64,000 bases of DNA. It comes from Hydrolagus affinis. Lineage: Eukaryota. A program made the translations under genes and the position numbers. Every line of letters begins with the position of its first letter. Positions within the stretch are counted from its first letter, which is position 1. Positions 11,830 to 23,000 of the stretch are shown one piece after another. The stretch lies in the NCBI GenBank assembly GCA_012026655.1, contig JAAILG010000487.1:1-64000 (forward strand), given 5' to 3'. The notes beneath the pieces were generated by a model, which had not been told where the DNA came from, did not search any database, and saw nothing but the letters and a program-made list of their open reading frames with translations.

Positions 11830-12400
11830 CTTGCCTGGTTGACCTGTTTTCTTGCTCAACGATCACAGCACTTGTCACTCTTGTTCCCTTTCCAATTTCT
11901 CACAACTGCTTCTTTTCTCTCCTCTGCTGTCAACGTCCCCACTCATTTCCCTCCTAAATCCTCTATTGGTCCTTCTTTCTCCTCTCGAGTGTTTTCTGTC
12001 TTCAAACACCTCACACTCTTTGCCATCCGTCTCATGTCTCCCTCAAGATCCTCAATGTTTATTACTTATTCAGAGCCTCCTAATGCTCTTCTCGCTGAAT
12101 TCTCCACCCTCCTCTTCACCCTGAGCTTCAGCTCCAAGCATATCTTCATCATGGGCAACTTCAGTCTTCAATGATTCCTACTTGTCCCATCTCTACCAAA
12201 CTCTGCTCACTGCTCGGCTCAACCAATCCTACCCACTATATAAATTCCACCACACACAGCCGATCCCTTGAATGCGCCATCATTCCCGGTACCTTTCTCC
12301 CCGTCACTTCTACTCCTTGGGTAACTTTAGAGTCCACTTTGCCCCTTTCTTATCCTTACCAACTTCTCCATGCTCCTTCCTCCCCTCAACCTGCACACAA
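11830..12400 (+). mobile_element. L2-like LINE endonuclease-region fragment
   Basis: Pyrimidine-rich; ...EFSTLLFTL...IFIMGNF resembles the APE-domain GDFN region. Confidence 0.45.
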
Positions 12401-13627
12401 AGCTTTCAATTCGGATCATTTGTCGTCCCCTCGACCTGGTCATTTCCGAGGGTCTCTGTTTACGAAACTGGCTGAGTGACCTTACGGGCTGAGTGACCCT
12501 GTTGCTATGAAGTGGCATTGTTTGATTTTACCATCTGACCGAGAGGGATCATGGTGGAGACCGGGGTGGGAAGTGAGAGCTGGTACAGTGTTGTGGGTGG
12601 CAGCCAGAGCTCCACTCAGGAGGGGTTTAATGTGGACTGCTGTGGGCTGATGTTTATTGAGTTTGCCCTTTGTTCTATACCTTTAATCGCTCTTTTACAT
12701 CTTTACAGAGTAATGAGCTTAAACAATGATCTTCTGATGCTTGAAATGGTTGAAACTGGTTGATGTCGTTGCTGTTTGCTTGCATGGGAAGGTGGTCACG
12801 ATTGAAATCACATGATGTGAGTCTAAAACAAGGCAAAACCTGCCGTTCCCACCCTGCACGCTGTGGGGAGGACGAGGAGCTGACATTAGGTTTGGTCAAA
12901 TTTACCATTAATAACCAGGGAAAAGGGGAGGGAGTCGAGGCCACTTGGGCAGAGAGTTACCAGTCAAATTGTGCCACATTGCAACACAGGCCCACCCCTC
13001 CTGTCACACGTCAGTGGTAAGTCTGAAGGAGGAGCAAACGACTTTAGATCTGAGATTGCTAAGTATGTTTTATCTAGATGAGATGGGAGATTACAATATG
13101 TTTAATGTGTTCCTGAGACTCGTGGCAGGCAGGCAGGCAGGGATGAAGGTGGAGGCATGGAGTGTGGATAGAAGTTGTGAAGCATGTACCAGATTGGATT
13201 TATGATTGGTTTGTGGTACCTTCCCATTAGATAACATCTACAAATGATAATACCCTTTCCCTTTTACCCATGTCTATGTCCTGATCATGTTTATCTCATC
13301 CCAAAACAGACCTCTGAGTCAAAGCATAAGCTAAGTCTGGCCAATCCCTGTAATCTGTCCATCTGCCAACCCTCTGTCCATGCCTCACTTTGTATAGTGG
13401 CATGGTCCTAAACATCTGAAACAAACCTCTCATGAACTGCGTTCATACTAACGTTAGACCCAATACTATCTTAAAATGCTGCCAACACCATCAAGAAACC
13501 AAATCAATGTTGCGTTCACTGTTTTTACCTGATGTGGGAATCAAAGGAAAGCGATGTGGAACCAAGACATATTGGAATCAGATACAGAGTGGTCACCAAT
13601 AATGGAAGCTTCATGAAAATCTCTCCT

Positions 13628-13996
13628 AATAATAGTAATAGTAATCCTTCCATTTGATATTGCGCTTTTCACATCTTCAGGACTCTCAAAGTGCTTCACA
13701 GAATGTACTGTGAAGTGAATTGACGATATTTGGGACGTGAAAAGCATACTATACAAATGTGATTTTGTTGTGTTATTGTGGGAGAAACGCAGCAGCTACT
13801 TGTGCACATCGGTGTCCCACAAACAGTCGTGGATCAAAGTGACTAATTTATTATTGGGGGGGTTTTCTTGAGAGAATATCATCAGGCGTGTGGAGTAAGG
13901 AAACTTGCCCAAAGTTTTGCCCTGCCCGGAATCGAACCCAGGTTTCTCACTTGAGAGGTGAGTGCTCTAACCAGTGAGCTACTAACCAGGACTCCA
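13628..13996 (-). mobile_element. SINE copy
   Basis: Tail, core, B box GGTTCGATTCC and head. Confidence 0.8.
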
Positions 13997-14479
13997 CAGA
14001 AAGTGTGAAGCATGAATTGATACTATTGGGTGATACTGTTGTTTTCATGTGTACTTGCTCACTATGTGCTGGGATAATAGAGCTGGAGTCTCCATGTCAC
14101 ACACTTAGGAATCGTCACACAATCCTTTAGAGAATTCTCTTGAATTGCCTGGAGATGATGGCCCTTTAACTGAATGATTTTGCTCTTGGTGATTCCAATT
14201 GAGACAGCTAGTGACTGTTCAGTCAGTGTGTATGTGATTTTATATGCCTGTTGCCTCCAGTTGGGTGACTTAGCATTAACCACAACAACTTGCCATCATA
14301 TAACGCCACATCGTGAGGATGGAGAGCTTGGCAGTGACAGAGCTTGGATGGAGAGTATTGGATGGAGAGCTTGGCAGTGATAGAGCTTGACACCAAGCCA
14401 GCCAGGGTGGGAGGGGAGACACGGTTGAAGAAGGTCTGTAGATGTGATCTAAAGTCGCTCAATCAGGAATAAGGGGGAG

Positions 14480-15250
14480 AGGTTAAGGCAGAGAATTTCA
14501 GAGTCTCAGGTCTGCTGAAGGTGCAACAGAGGAGACGAGGGAACTGCAGGAGGCTGGAGCCAGGTGAGCGAATGGACAGGTAGAGGGACCAAAGTTTAAA
14601 TAAGTCAGAGAGGTAGGAAGACGCCAAGGCATGAAGTGCTTTAAATGTGAATTTGAGGATCTTGAAATTGATCCATTCTGCAATAGGGAGCCGGTGGAGC
14701 TAGGTGAGGAGTGAGGCCGTTTAAGAGCGAAATCAGGAAGCCTTTTTTCAGTCAAAGGATGGTGAAAATCTGGAATTCTCTCCCCCAAAAGGTTATGGAA
14801 GTTGGATCCATCCACACCTTCAAGAGTGAGGTTGATAGATTTATGGTAGGTTAGGTTATTAAGGGATACGGGGAGAAAGTGGGACATTGGAATTGAAAGG
14901 ATTTGTAGAGGTGCACATCAGCCATGCTCTAATTCAATGGTGGAACAGGCTCGAAGGGCTGAATGGCCTCCTCCTGTTTCTATGATCAGGCTACGGAATT
15001 TGGTGCGGGTAAAAATCTGGACAGCAGAGTTTTTGATTAATTGGCTGTTCCTGGTGGTGGAGCTGAGGAGACCAGATGCAGGGGATTGGAAAAATCGAGG
15101 TGGAAATTAACAATTAGAAAATGGATTTCAGAGGCATTAGGTACGAGTTATGGTTGGAGATCTGGAGATGTGGTGGGGTAGAGGAAAGCAGTCCTGGTCA
15201 GGGAGCAGATGTAGGAAGGACAGCTGGGAATTTAATCTGACACCTACGTG
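14480..15250. mobile_element. L2 fragment (minus) interrupted by a CR1 3' end (about 14720-14990, plus)
   Basis: L2-like purine-rich sequence on both sides; CR1 3' end GGGCTGAATGGCCTCCTCCTG. Confidence 0.65.
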
Positions 15251-16847
15251 ACGATGGTTAAAAGGGACAAAGGAGAAATGGGGGCAAAGGAGCGATAGTG
15301 GGAAGAGTTCCAGAAGATATGTGCGATGTAGAAGACATGAAGGAGGACAGGAGTACAGCGGGTAGGAGGTGGATGCAGCCTAGCAAAGAGACCTTGCTCA
15401 CCTCCATCCCAAGAAGTATAATCATGTAAGGGTTCGGTGGAATGTGTATTCAGGCGGGGAAGCTTCAGGGAAGGGTGGCCAGCTAGGTTTCTGTTAGCCC
15501 AAGGAGGCGGATGAGGTCATGGATGGTTAGAGATTTGTTTGAGAGGGAGCAGACACTTTGAAGAGTAGTGCAAACAGTGGGAGTCTTAAGACTCCGCTGT
15601 GAACAGCATTATCCTCTGACAGGTTCACAAGACAGACATGCCTTTTCTCATGGTCATGGACTGAAACAGGCTTTCGATGGAGACTGGCAGATTTTAACTG
15701 TTGCTCTTGTTTTTTGAGAATCGAAGGTTCCTGGTCGGTATTTTGCCTTTCCTGTTTCTATCTCTTCCGAGTTTTGAGATGAATGCTAGGAGCATGAGTT
15801 TAATTTGCAGGTTAGTTGCATGATTTGAAAGTTGTTTCTGTTGTCTGTGGGTTAGAGCAACCTTATAACACTGTAGTTTCCACAGTGAAACCCAACTCGA
15901 AAATTCTTTGGAGCTTTTACTTCCTTGACTTTAGGACCATTGGTTTCCAGAGATTGCAGAAGACAAAATACTCTTGATGATCTTCCTTTATGGTTCCTAT
16001 GGTTCCCGACCTAATTGTTCAGCGCCTTGGGACGTCCTCCCGACGTGAAAGGCGCTCTACAAATGTAATGTTGTTGTTGTTCCTGAGCTAACCTGGTCAC
16101 AGGACAGAACCAAACAGCATAGTTATGGCCACAAGAGGGCTCTGGACTTCACTCAATCAATTAAGAAAACATGACATGAGCAAACACACTTAAATCGCAT
16201 TATTTGTACAATTGTATCTCATTGTGGACACGATCCAGGTTAATTAATCTCCTGAAGAGGGTAATTGAGCAGAGTTGATATATTCCTAGGTGTCTTCTAT
16301 ATTCGTCTCTCTACCCAAGATATCATTGCAAATTGGAAGCTACAGTAAAACTTGCATACTTCAGAACCCTATAATCGCCTAACTCGTATATCTGCCCAAG
16401 TCCCTTTAAATTTCCTATTAGAGCCACTTACTTTATCTGAACAAGTAGTAAATGCTTTGTACATTGCGTGACTTAGCCATCAATTGTACTACTTGATATA
16501 GCGCTTTTAGGGAAGCTTATTTGGGACTTTGGGACGTTTAATTGAAGTTGAGGACACGACAAAAATCATGTAAATCTTTAATATTACGAAGGGTATTGCT
16601 AGGATAAATAACAATGGTCAATTAAAAGCAATAGATACGTTCCACTGGTTGATGAGTAACTTAAGAAACACATGTGAGATAATTGTAAGAGGAATTAAAG
16701 GTTAGAAAAGTCTTCTTCACACAGAGAACACCTTCTCTTCTATCAACTGTGGTTGAAATACAGTCACTTCAAAAGAGAATGAGATAAATGTTTTGAAAAA
16801 GTGAATATTAAAGAATGGAGTGTGTGTGAGCTAGAAAGTGGAATGAA

Positions 16848-18400
16848 ATCATAGAAGTATACAGCACAGAAGGAGGCCATTCGGCCCATCGTGTCTTTGC
16901 CAACTCATTGAAAACAGTTGTCCAAGTCAATCCTACTCCCCTATGCTTTCTCCATAGCCCTGCAAATGTGTCCTCTCCAAATAAAGTTCTATTTCTCTCT
17001 TAAAAGTTGTTATCGAATCGGCTTCCACCGAACAACTCGCTTCATGAAACAATTTCTCCTCCCCTCTGTTTCTTTTAACAACTATTTTAAATTGGTGTCG
17101 TTGGGTTATAGACCCACTCACCCATAGAAAGAGTTTCTCCTTGTTCACCCTAACTAATCCCCTCATAATTTTGAAAACTTCTATTAAGTCTCATCTTAAC
17201 TTTGTTTAGGAGTACACTCCTAGCTTCTCTAGCCTCTCCTGATAACTGAAGTCCCTCATTCCTGTTACCATCCTGATAAATCCCCTTTTCACCCTCCCCA
17301 ATGCACTGATATCTTTCCTAAAGTGTGGTGCCCAGAACTAAACATGGTATTCTTCACCTACTTGAAGATTCTACCATCTAGCTTATTTTGCCTCTCATTG
17401 TTCCACCCAAAATGATTCACTTTGCATTTATTCACATTAAATTTAATCTGCCCTGTGTCTGCCCAGTTTACCAGTCTGTCTACATCCTCTTGCAGACTGC
17501 TACTATTCTCCTCACTGTTTACTACTTGTCCCAGCTTCGTATCATCTGCAAACTTGGAAATATATTCCCTTTTCCCCAAGTCCAGGTGATTTAGATGGAA
17601 TTAAAAGAGCAGTGGTCCCAATACCGACCCCTAGGGGACACCATTGCACACTTCTCTGCAGTTAGAAAAACAACCTCTCTGCTTTCTGTCTCCCAGCCAG
17701 TTGCTGTTACTGTCCCTTTAATACCGTGGGCTACTATTTTGTTTACAAGCCTCTTATGTGGTACTTTATCAATTGGGGAGGACGGATATGCAGAGAGCCG
17801 GGGAGTGGGATTGACTTAGAAAAGCTCTTTTCAAAGAGCCAACACAGAATCATAGAATCATAGAATTTTATGGCACAAAAGGAGGCCATTCGCCCCATCT
17901 GGTCTGTGCCGGCTCTTTGAACAGAGCAACTCAATCCCACTGTCCAGCTCTCTCCCCATAACCTAACAGACCTGTTCTCTCTAAATAAAGATCTAATTCC
18001 CTTTTAAAAGTTGTTAACGAATCGGCCTCCACCACCTTTTCAGGCAATGCATTCCAGATTCGAACAACCCGCTGAGTGAAAACATTTCTCCTCAGCTCCC
18101 CTCTGCTTCATTTTGAAACTACTTTAAATCTGTGATCACGAGTCACAGACTCGTCCACCAGTGGAAACAGACTTGAAGGGCCGAATGGCCTCCTTTTGCG
18201 TTGTAAAACTCTATGATTCTATGAACTGCACTGCCTTCATCCACCCGCTCCTTTACTTTGTCAAAAAACTCCAGCAGGTTTGTTAGACACGATTTGCCTT
18301 AAATAATCTGCGTTGGCTGTCCTTGATTAACCCATATCTTTCTAAGTGAAAATTTATTTTGTCCTGGATTATAGTCTCTAGAAGTTTCCCCACCACTGGT
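16848..18400 (-). mobile_element. CR1-clade LINE fragment with nested CR1 3' ends
   Basis: RT motif ISKFADDTKLG...LQEDVDRLVNWAD...FNVNKCKV; (ATTCTATG)n tails near 16850, 17850 and 18210. Confidence 0.88.
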
Positions 18401-20043
18401 ACATACTCTACAACTGTGGTCATGTGGGTCTTTGAACTTTCCTCCATTGTTGCATCCAAGCTCCAAACCTGATGTGCTACACACTCTTCCTCCTCACATC
18501 CTCCACATGATTTAGTTTAAAAGTGATAAAATTAATCATTTGAGTTGTGGAGAGGTTACGGGAGCCAGTAATGTTCATATTAGAGAAGGGGAGGCTTTGG
18601 GGGGAGATCTTATTGAAGTTTTCAAGATATAAATGGGTATTGATAAGAGGTATTGAAATACAAGTCTAAATTGGTCTGAGAACACAGAGCAAGATTCACA
18701 GACTTTACACAGTGAATGCTATATTTGGATTGGCCCGGGCAGGTGATGGGAGCAGATTGGAGCAGAATATTTAAGAGAATTGGATAGATATTTGGCAAAA
18801 AACTTGGTTGAGGAGAATGAGACATGGAAAAGTGTCAGATTTAACAACTTGCATTTGTATAGCGAGGTTTGTGTGGGGTGGTGTCTCGGATCACTTAACA
18901 GAACATTGATAGTTTCCTAACATCACATAGTGCACTTGGTATGATTGGGGCTTATGGTATAGATTACGTGCAGACGTCCTACTGGTGATAGGGTAAGTAT
19001 TCTGTTACTTCTGGAGTCTGTGACACCAAATTGGTCTGGATAAGGTTATGTCTGGCCCAGTCATTGTAATCCAGCTTCATTGATGTGCGCTACATAAATT
19101 TCCAGGTTAAAGCTCTTGCAACGTCATGGAGTTATGAACACATTAAAAAAAAACTGCCTTAAATCAAATAGCACCAACATCAGGGAACAAGCATTGCCCT
19201 GCACTATCTCAGGTGGGGTTTTGTGGGTAGCAGGAAAGGCAGCGACTGCATATGACTGACAAGTCCCTTGGCCAATGGCGTCCAGTGGGTTCAAAACACT
19301 TTGCAAAGGCATAAGTGAGAAACGCTTTCTGTGAAGTGTTGGGAAGAGGACGGGAGGAGTGAACCACTGGTAATGTCCTTTTGTAATAAAAATTCTGTCG
19401 AGTTGCCTGTAGAAGTCTTGGAGAGGGACAATATTAAGGGCCTATAACCCTATGTGCATTTCTGTTTGATGTAGGATAATGCAATCTGTTGTTAGTTAAA
19501 CATATCGGTTGTTTAGTTATTCAATTTGAAAAGCATGGACATAAGTGGGAGCGACTTTCTATGCAGAACGCAGCTCTGAGTTTATAAGTTGGCACACATA
19601 TAGGTTGTATATACAGCGAGTTTGATGGCTTAGAGTTGCTCAGATCCATTCTGTTCACCTGTGGAAAAACAGAAGGTTGAGAATTTGGGCTAAAAATCTG
19701 CAGAGCGCTTGGAATAGGCAAGGCTGCAATAAACTAGCTTTCCGAGCACTTCAGAATCAACGAATACTACAACACAAACTTGGTATGAATTTTTGTGAGA
19801 CGTCCTCCGTATGCAAAGGGTTAAATTAAATATGCTTTTTCTGAAATTTGTGTGTTTACAACAAAAGGTAGTTTATAACCGGATACCGTCAAATTGAACT
19901 ATAGCCCTGGCTTGCCAAGTGAGGGCAAGGAGCATGGAGATATTAGGATTTTATGCAATTCATGTATGATCCGTGTCAAGTTCATCACAGAAAGCTTTTA
20001 TGTTGTACCCTTTTCTGTTTAGTTGAAAGGAAACTTCAGCAAA

Positions 20044-20095
20044 ATGTTGATTTCTGTTCTGGTATTGAGTTGGACGATCTTCATGAACGCAGCAG
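20044..20095 (+). CDS. Lectin B coding exon 1 (signal peptide); exon 20023-20095
   Basis: TTTAG acceptor; TCAGCAAAATGTT start context homologous to lectin A; CAG|GTAAA donor (phase 1). Confidence 0.82.
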
Positions 20096-23000
20096 GTAAA
20101 AACTTCTTGACACTTTTGCTAAACGTCTGATCTCACCGTTGATTGACATAAAGAGCAAATTAAAACAAAATGCTTGGGTTACAAAGATTGGGATTCCTGC
20201 ATTGAAGTCCAGTGCTTCTCTCCCATGGGGGAAGCCTGGGTTCATTGACAACAAAATAAAATCTTAGATAATCCTTAGATTTGATATACAGTACTGTAAA
20301 GAACATATTGCGTCTTCTCGTGTCTTCGAAATGTCTCAAAGCGCTTCACAGAATATACTGCAAAGTGAATTGACTGTATATCTTGTGGACGAAACGCGGC
20401 AGCCAATTGCGCACGGCAGCGTCCCCCACAAACAGTCAACAAACCAGGTTGAACGTTTAAAACCCATCACCGTAAACAGCAATAAAATAGCAATGGTAGA
20501 ATGTCCATATTGCAACACACAGCAAGAGTTTGGTTGCCTCCGAAGGTGCAGAACTCATTAGTTGTGTTTGGGACAACTGTAGATCATTGTTCACATCAAG
20601 GGGACAAGGCTACATATTTAACAGACTGTAAAACTGGTTTTATTAACTCTTTTCTCCATGTCAATGTATCTTCTCAAATAAAGAAAATTAAGAGCTAATC
20701 TGGAATATTCATTAATGCAAAATTATAACATTTTTATGACATTGAATTCTTCAACACGCTCAATAATTTGGAAATTCAATCATTATACATTTCTTATTCC
20801 TAAATATGTTGGAGAAATACGATAAGGTAAACCGATCATGAATCATCAATGAGTGTTTATAATCTCAAAAGGCAGCTGGACAGATTTGTGTTCAATACAT
20901 TTATTCAACGTTATCGTAGATGTCAGATGTCAGGAATTCCCAGATTGATTGCAACGATCTTCGCTGGACCTGCACATTGCTTTGTTCCCATGTCCTTGGT
21001 GTCTGGTGTAATTGTATATGTTCTTGGTGGCTGTTCCTGCAGTCAGCACTCTCAGTTCTCTTGTACACTTTCTTTTCAGAATGGGTCCAAGTAGGTACCA
21101 GAATTTGGTGCTTGACTGCTTTCCATCTGGGCTGTTGCTGGTGACTCTCCAACCTGAAAGTCCATCCAGTGTGAACCATTGCTATTGTGCAGAATTGTGC
21201 ATTGTTCTTGGAATGGCCTTGGAATGACTGAGTTTCTATATCATTGAGCCCGTTGAAGAATGAAATTCAATGATATGTATATTCTGTGAAGTGCTTTGAG
21301 ATGTCCCAAAAGCATAATAAGGCACTATATCAAATGCAAGGATTATTATTATGTCTGTCACTGCTTTTTCGGGCAACGACCGCGCTAACCATTAGAACAG
21401 GGTTCTTAGGAGCTGAGTAGGAAAAATCTTTGCCTCCAGTGTAATACTCATACGCCAGTGGGAATAGCCCCATGCCAGTGGGAATAGTTTCTCTTTGTTC
21501 ACCCTATTGAATCCCTTCATAATTTTGAAAACTTTTATTACGTCTCCTCTTAACCTTCTCTGCTCCAAGGACAATAATCCTAGCTTCTCTAGTGTCTCCT
21601 GATAGCTGAAGTCTCTCATTCCTGGTACCGTTCCTGATAAATCTCCTTTGCACCCTCTTCAGTGACTTGCAGACACCAGGTCCTAGTAGAGTGCAAACTT
21701 CCTGCAGCTGAATGTGGAAAAGTCTTTTCATCTGAAGCTGTAGTGTGATGTTTAATGTTAATTGTTTTTTCTTTGCCAGAAGCTATCTATGTGCCGCCAG
21801 TCGAAAGCTATCCCGTATCAGATTACGGTGGACAAGGTGAATCCCTTTGCCATGAAACGGGAGTCTGCAACGGACCCTGCCTGGAAGGCTTTGCGAGTTA
21901 TAATGGAATCTGTTCCAAGTACATCCATGAAAAGATGAAGTGGATTGATGCAGAGGTAACCGGTTTCCCTTTCCCGTACCCATGGCTGGAATCAATATTT
22001 TCTTACTCTTATTATTCAACAAGTGCTTCACCCAGGCAAGATGCCTCAGCCAATTGTCTACAGCAGCGTCCTGCACCTGACTGTGTTAAACTTGCCACGC
22101 TCATAACAATGCTCCTCCTTTTTCTTGACTCTACTTTCATACTTATCCTCTCTGTTCTCTAATGAGGAATGTGTAATGACGCGTGGGTGGGTGGGGTGGG
22201 AGTGTAAGTCCAAAGACGCTGGACAGACAGGTATTTGGACCCAAAGGGGCAAGGCCATGGAGGGCTTTGAAGGAAAGGACGAGGATGTTGAACTCTATCT
22301 CTGTGAGATGGGGAACCAGTGGAGCTGGGTGAGGATGGCGGGGTGATAGAGTCTAGACAGAACAAACGGCTAAACCATGGTACCTTTGAAGCTCAACTAT
22401 TTGACTCACTGTGCTTCTCCCCTCAGGCCAACGAGACCTTCATCCATGCATTTGTTACATCCAGGCTCAACTACATCAAATCCGCTTGTTGTCTTCCCCA
22501 ACTCTTTCCTCCACAAGCCGCAGATCCATCTGAACTCTGCAGCTGTTGTGGAAGAGGACACAAGTTGAATGATCTGCGTGATCTGCAGCTTGTGGAGGGA
22601 AGAGTTGGGTAGGCTGACGAGCAGAGTTGGTGTAGTCAAGACTGGATGTAACTGATGCACAAATGAGGGTTTCGGCAGCCCAAGGGGAGAACCAGTTTTG
22701 GTGCTGGCAATTTTTGGGAGGTGGGGGAAGGCAGAAGGCTCATGGCATGGATGTGGGGTAGAAAGGACAGTTGAGGTTCAAACAAGATGGCAAGGTTCCT
22801 GACTGGCTCCGTGAGATGGAGAGGACATCCATGGATGGTGATGCTGCCGGTGCCTGAGGTGTGGAGGTGCTGGTGGGATCGAACAAGGAAGGCTTCGGTC
22901 ATGTTGACATTCAAATGTAGAAAGTCAGCTCCCATCCTGGAGTCCAGGGTCAAGGCATAGTGATAGAGATGGGTGTCATCTGCACACAAACAGAAGCTGA

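Noticed and set aside
12550-13100. Coding exon(s) on the minus strand (CDFNRDH motif)
   Set aside because: More likely a very decayed LINE endonuclease remnant; no consistent splice sites or frame.
14317-14389. 30-bp near-tandem duplication GGATGGAGAGCTTGGCAGTGA(C/T)AGAGCTTG
   Set aside because: Ordinary local slippage with no evidence of function.
19550-19925. Promoter and non-coding exon 1 of lectin B
   Set aside because: Several TATA-like motifs and donors (about 19782, 19867, 19918) compete; cannot choose without transcript data.
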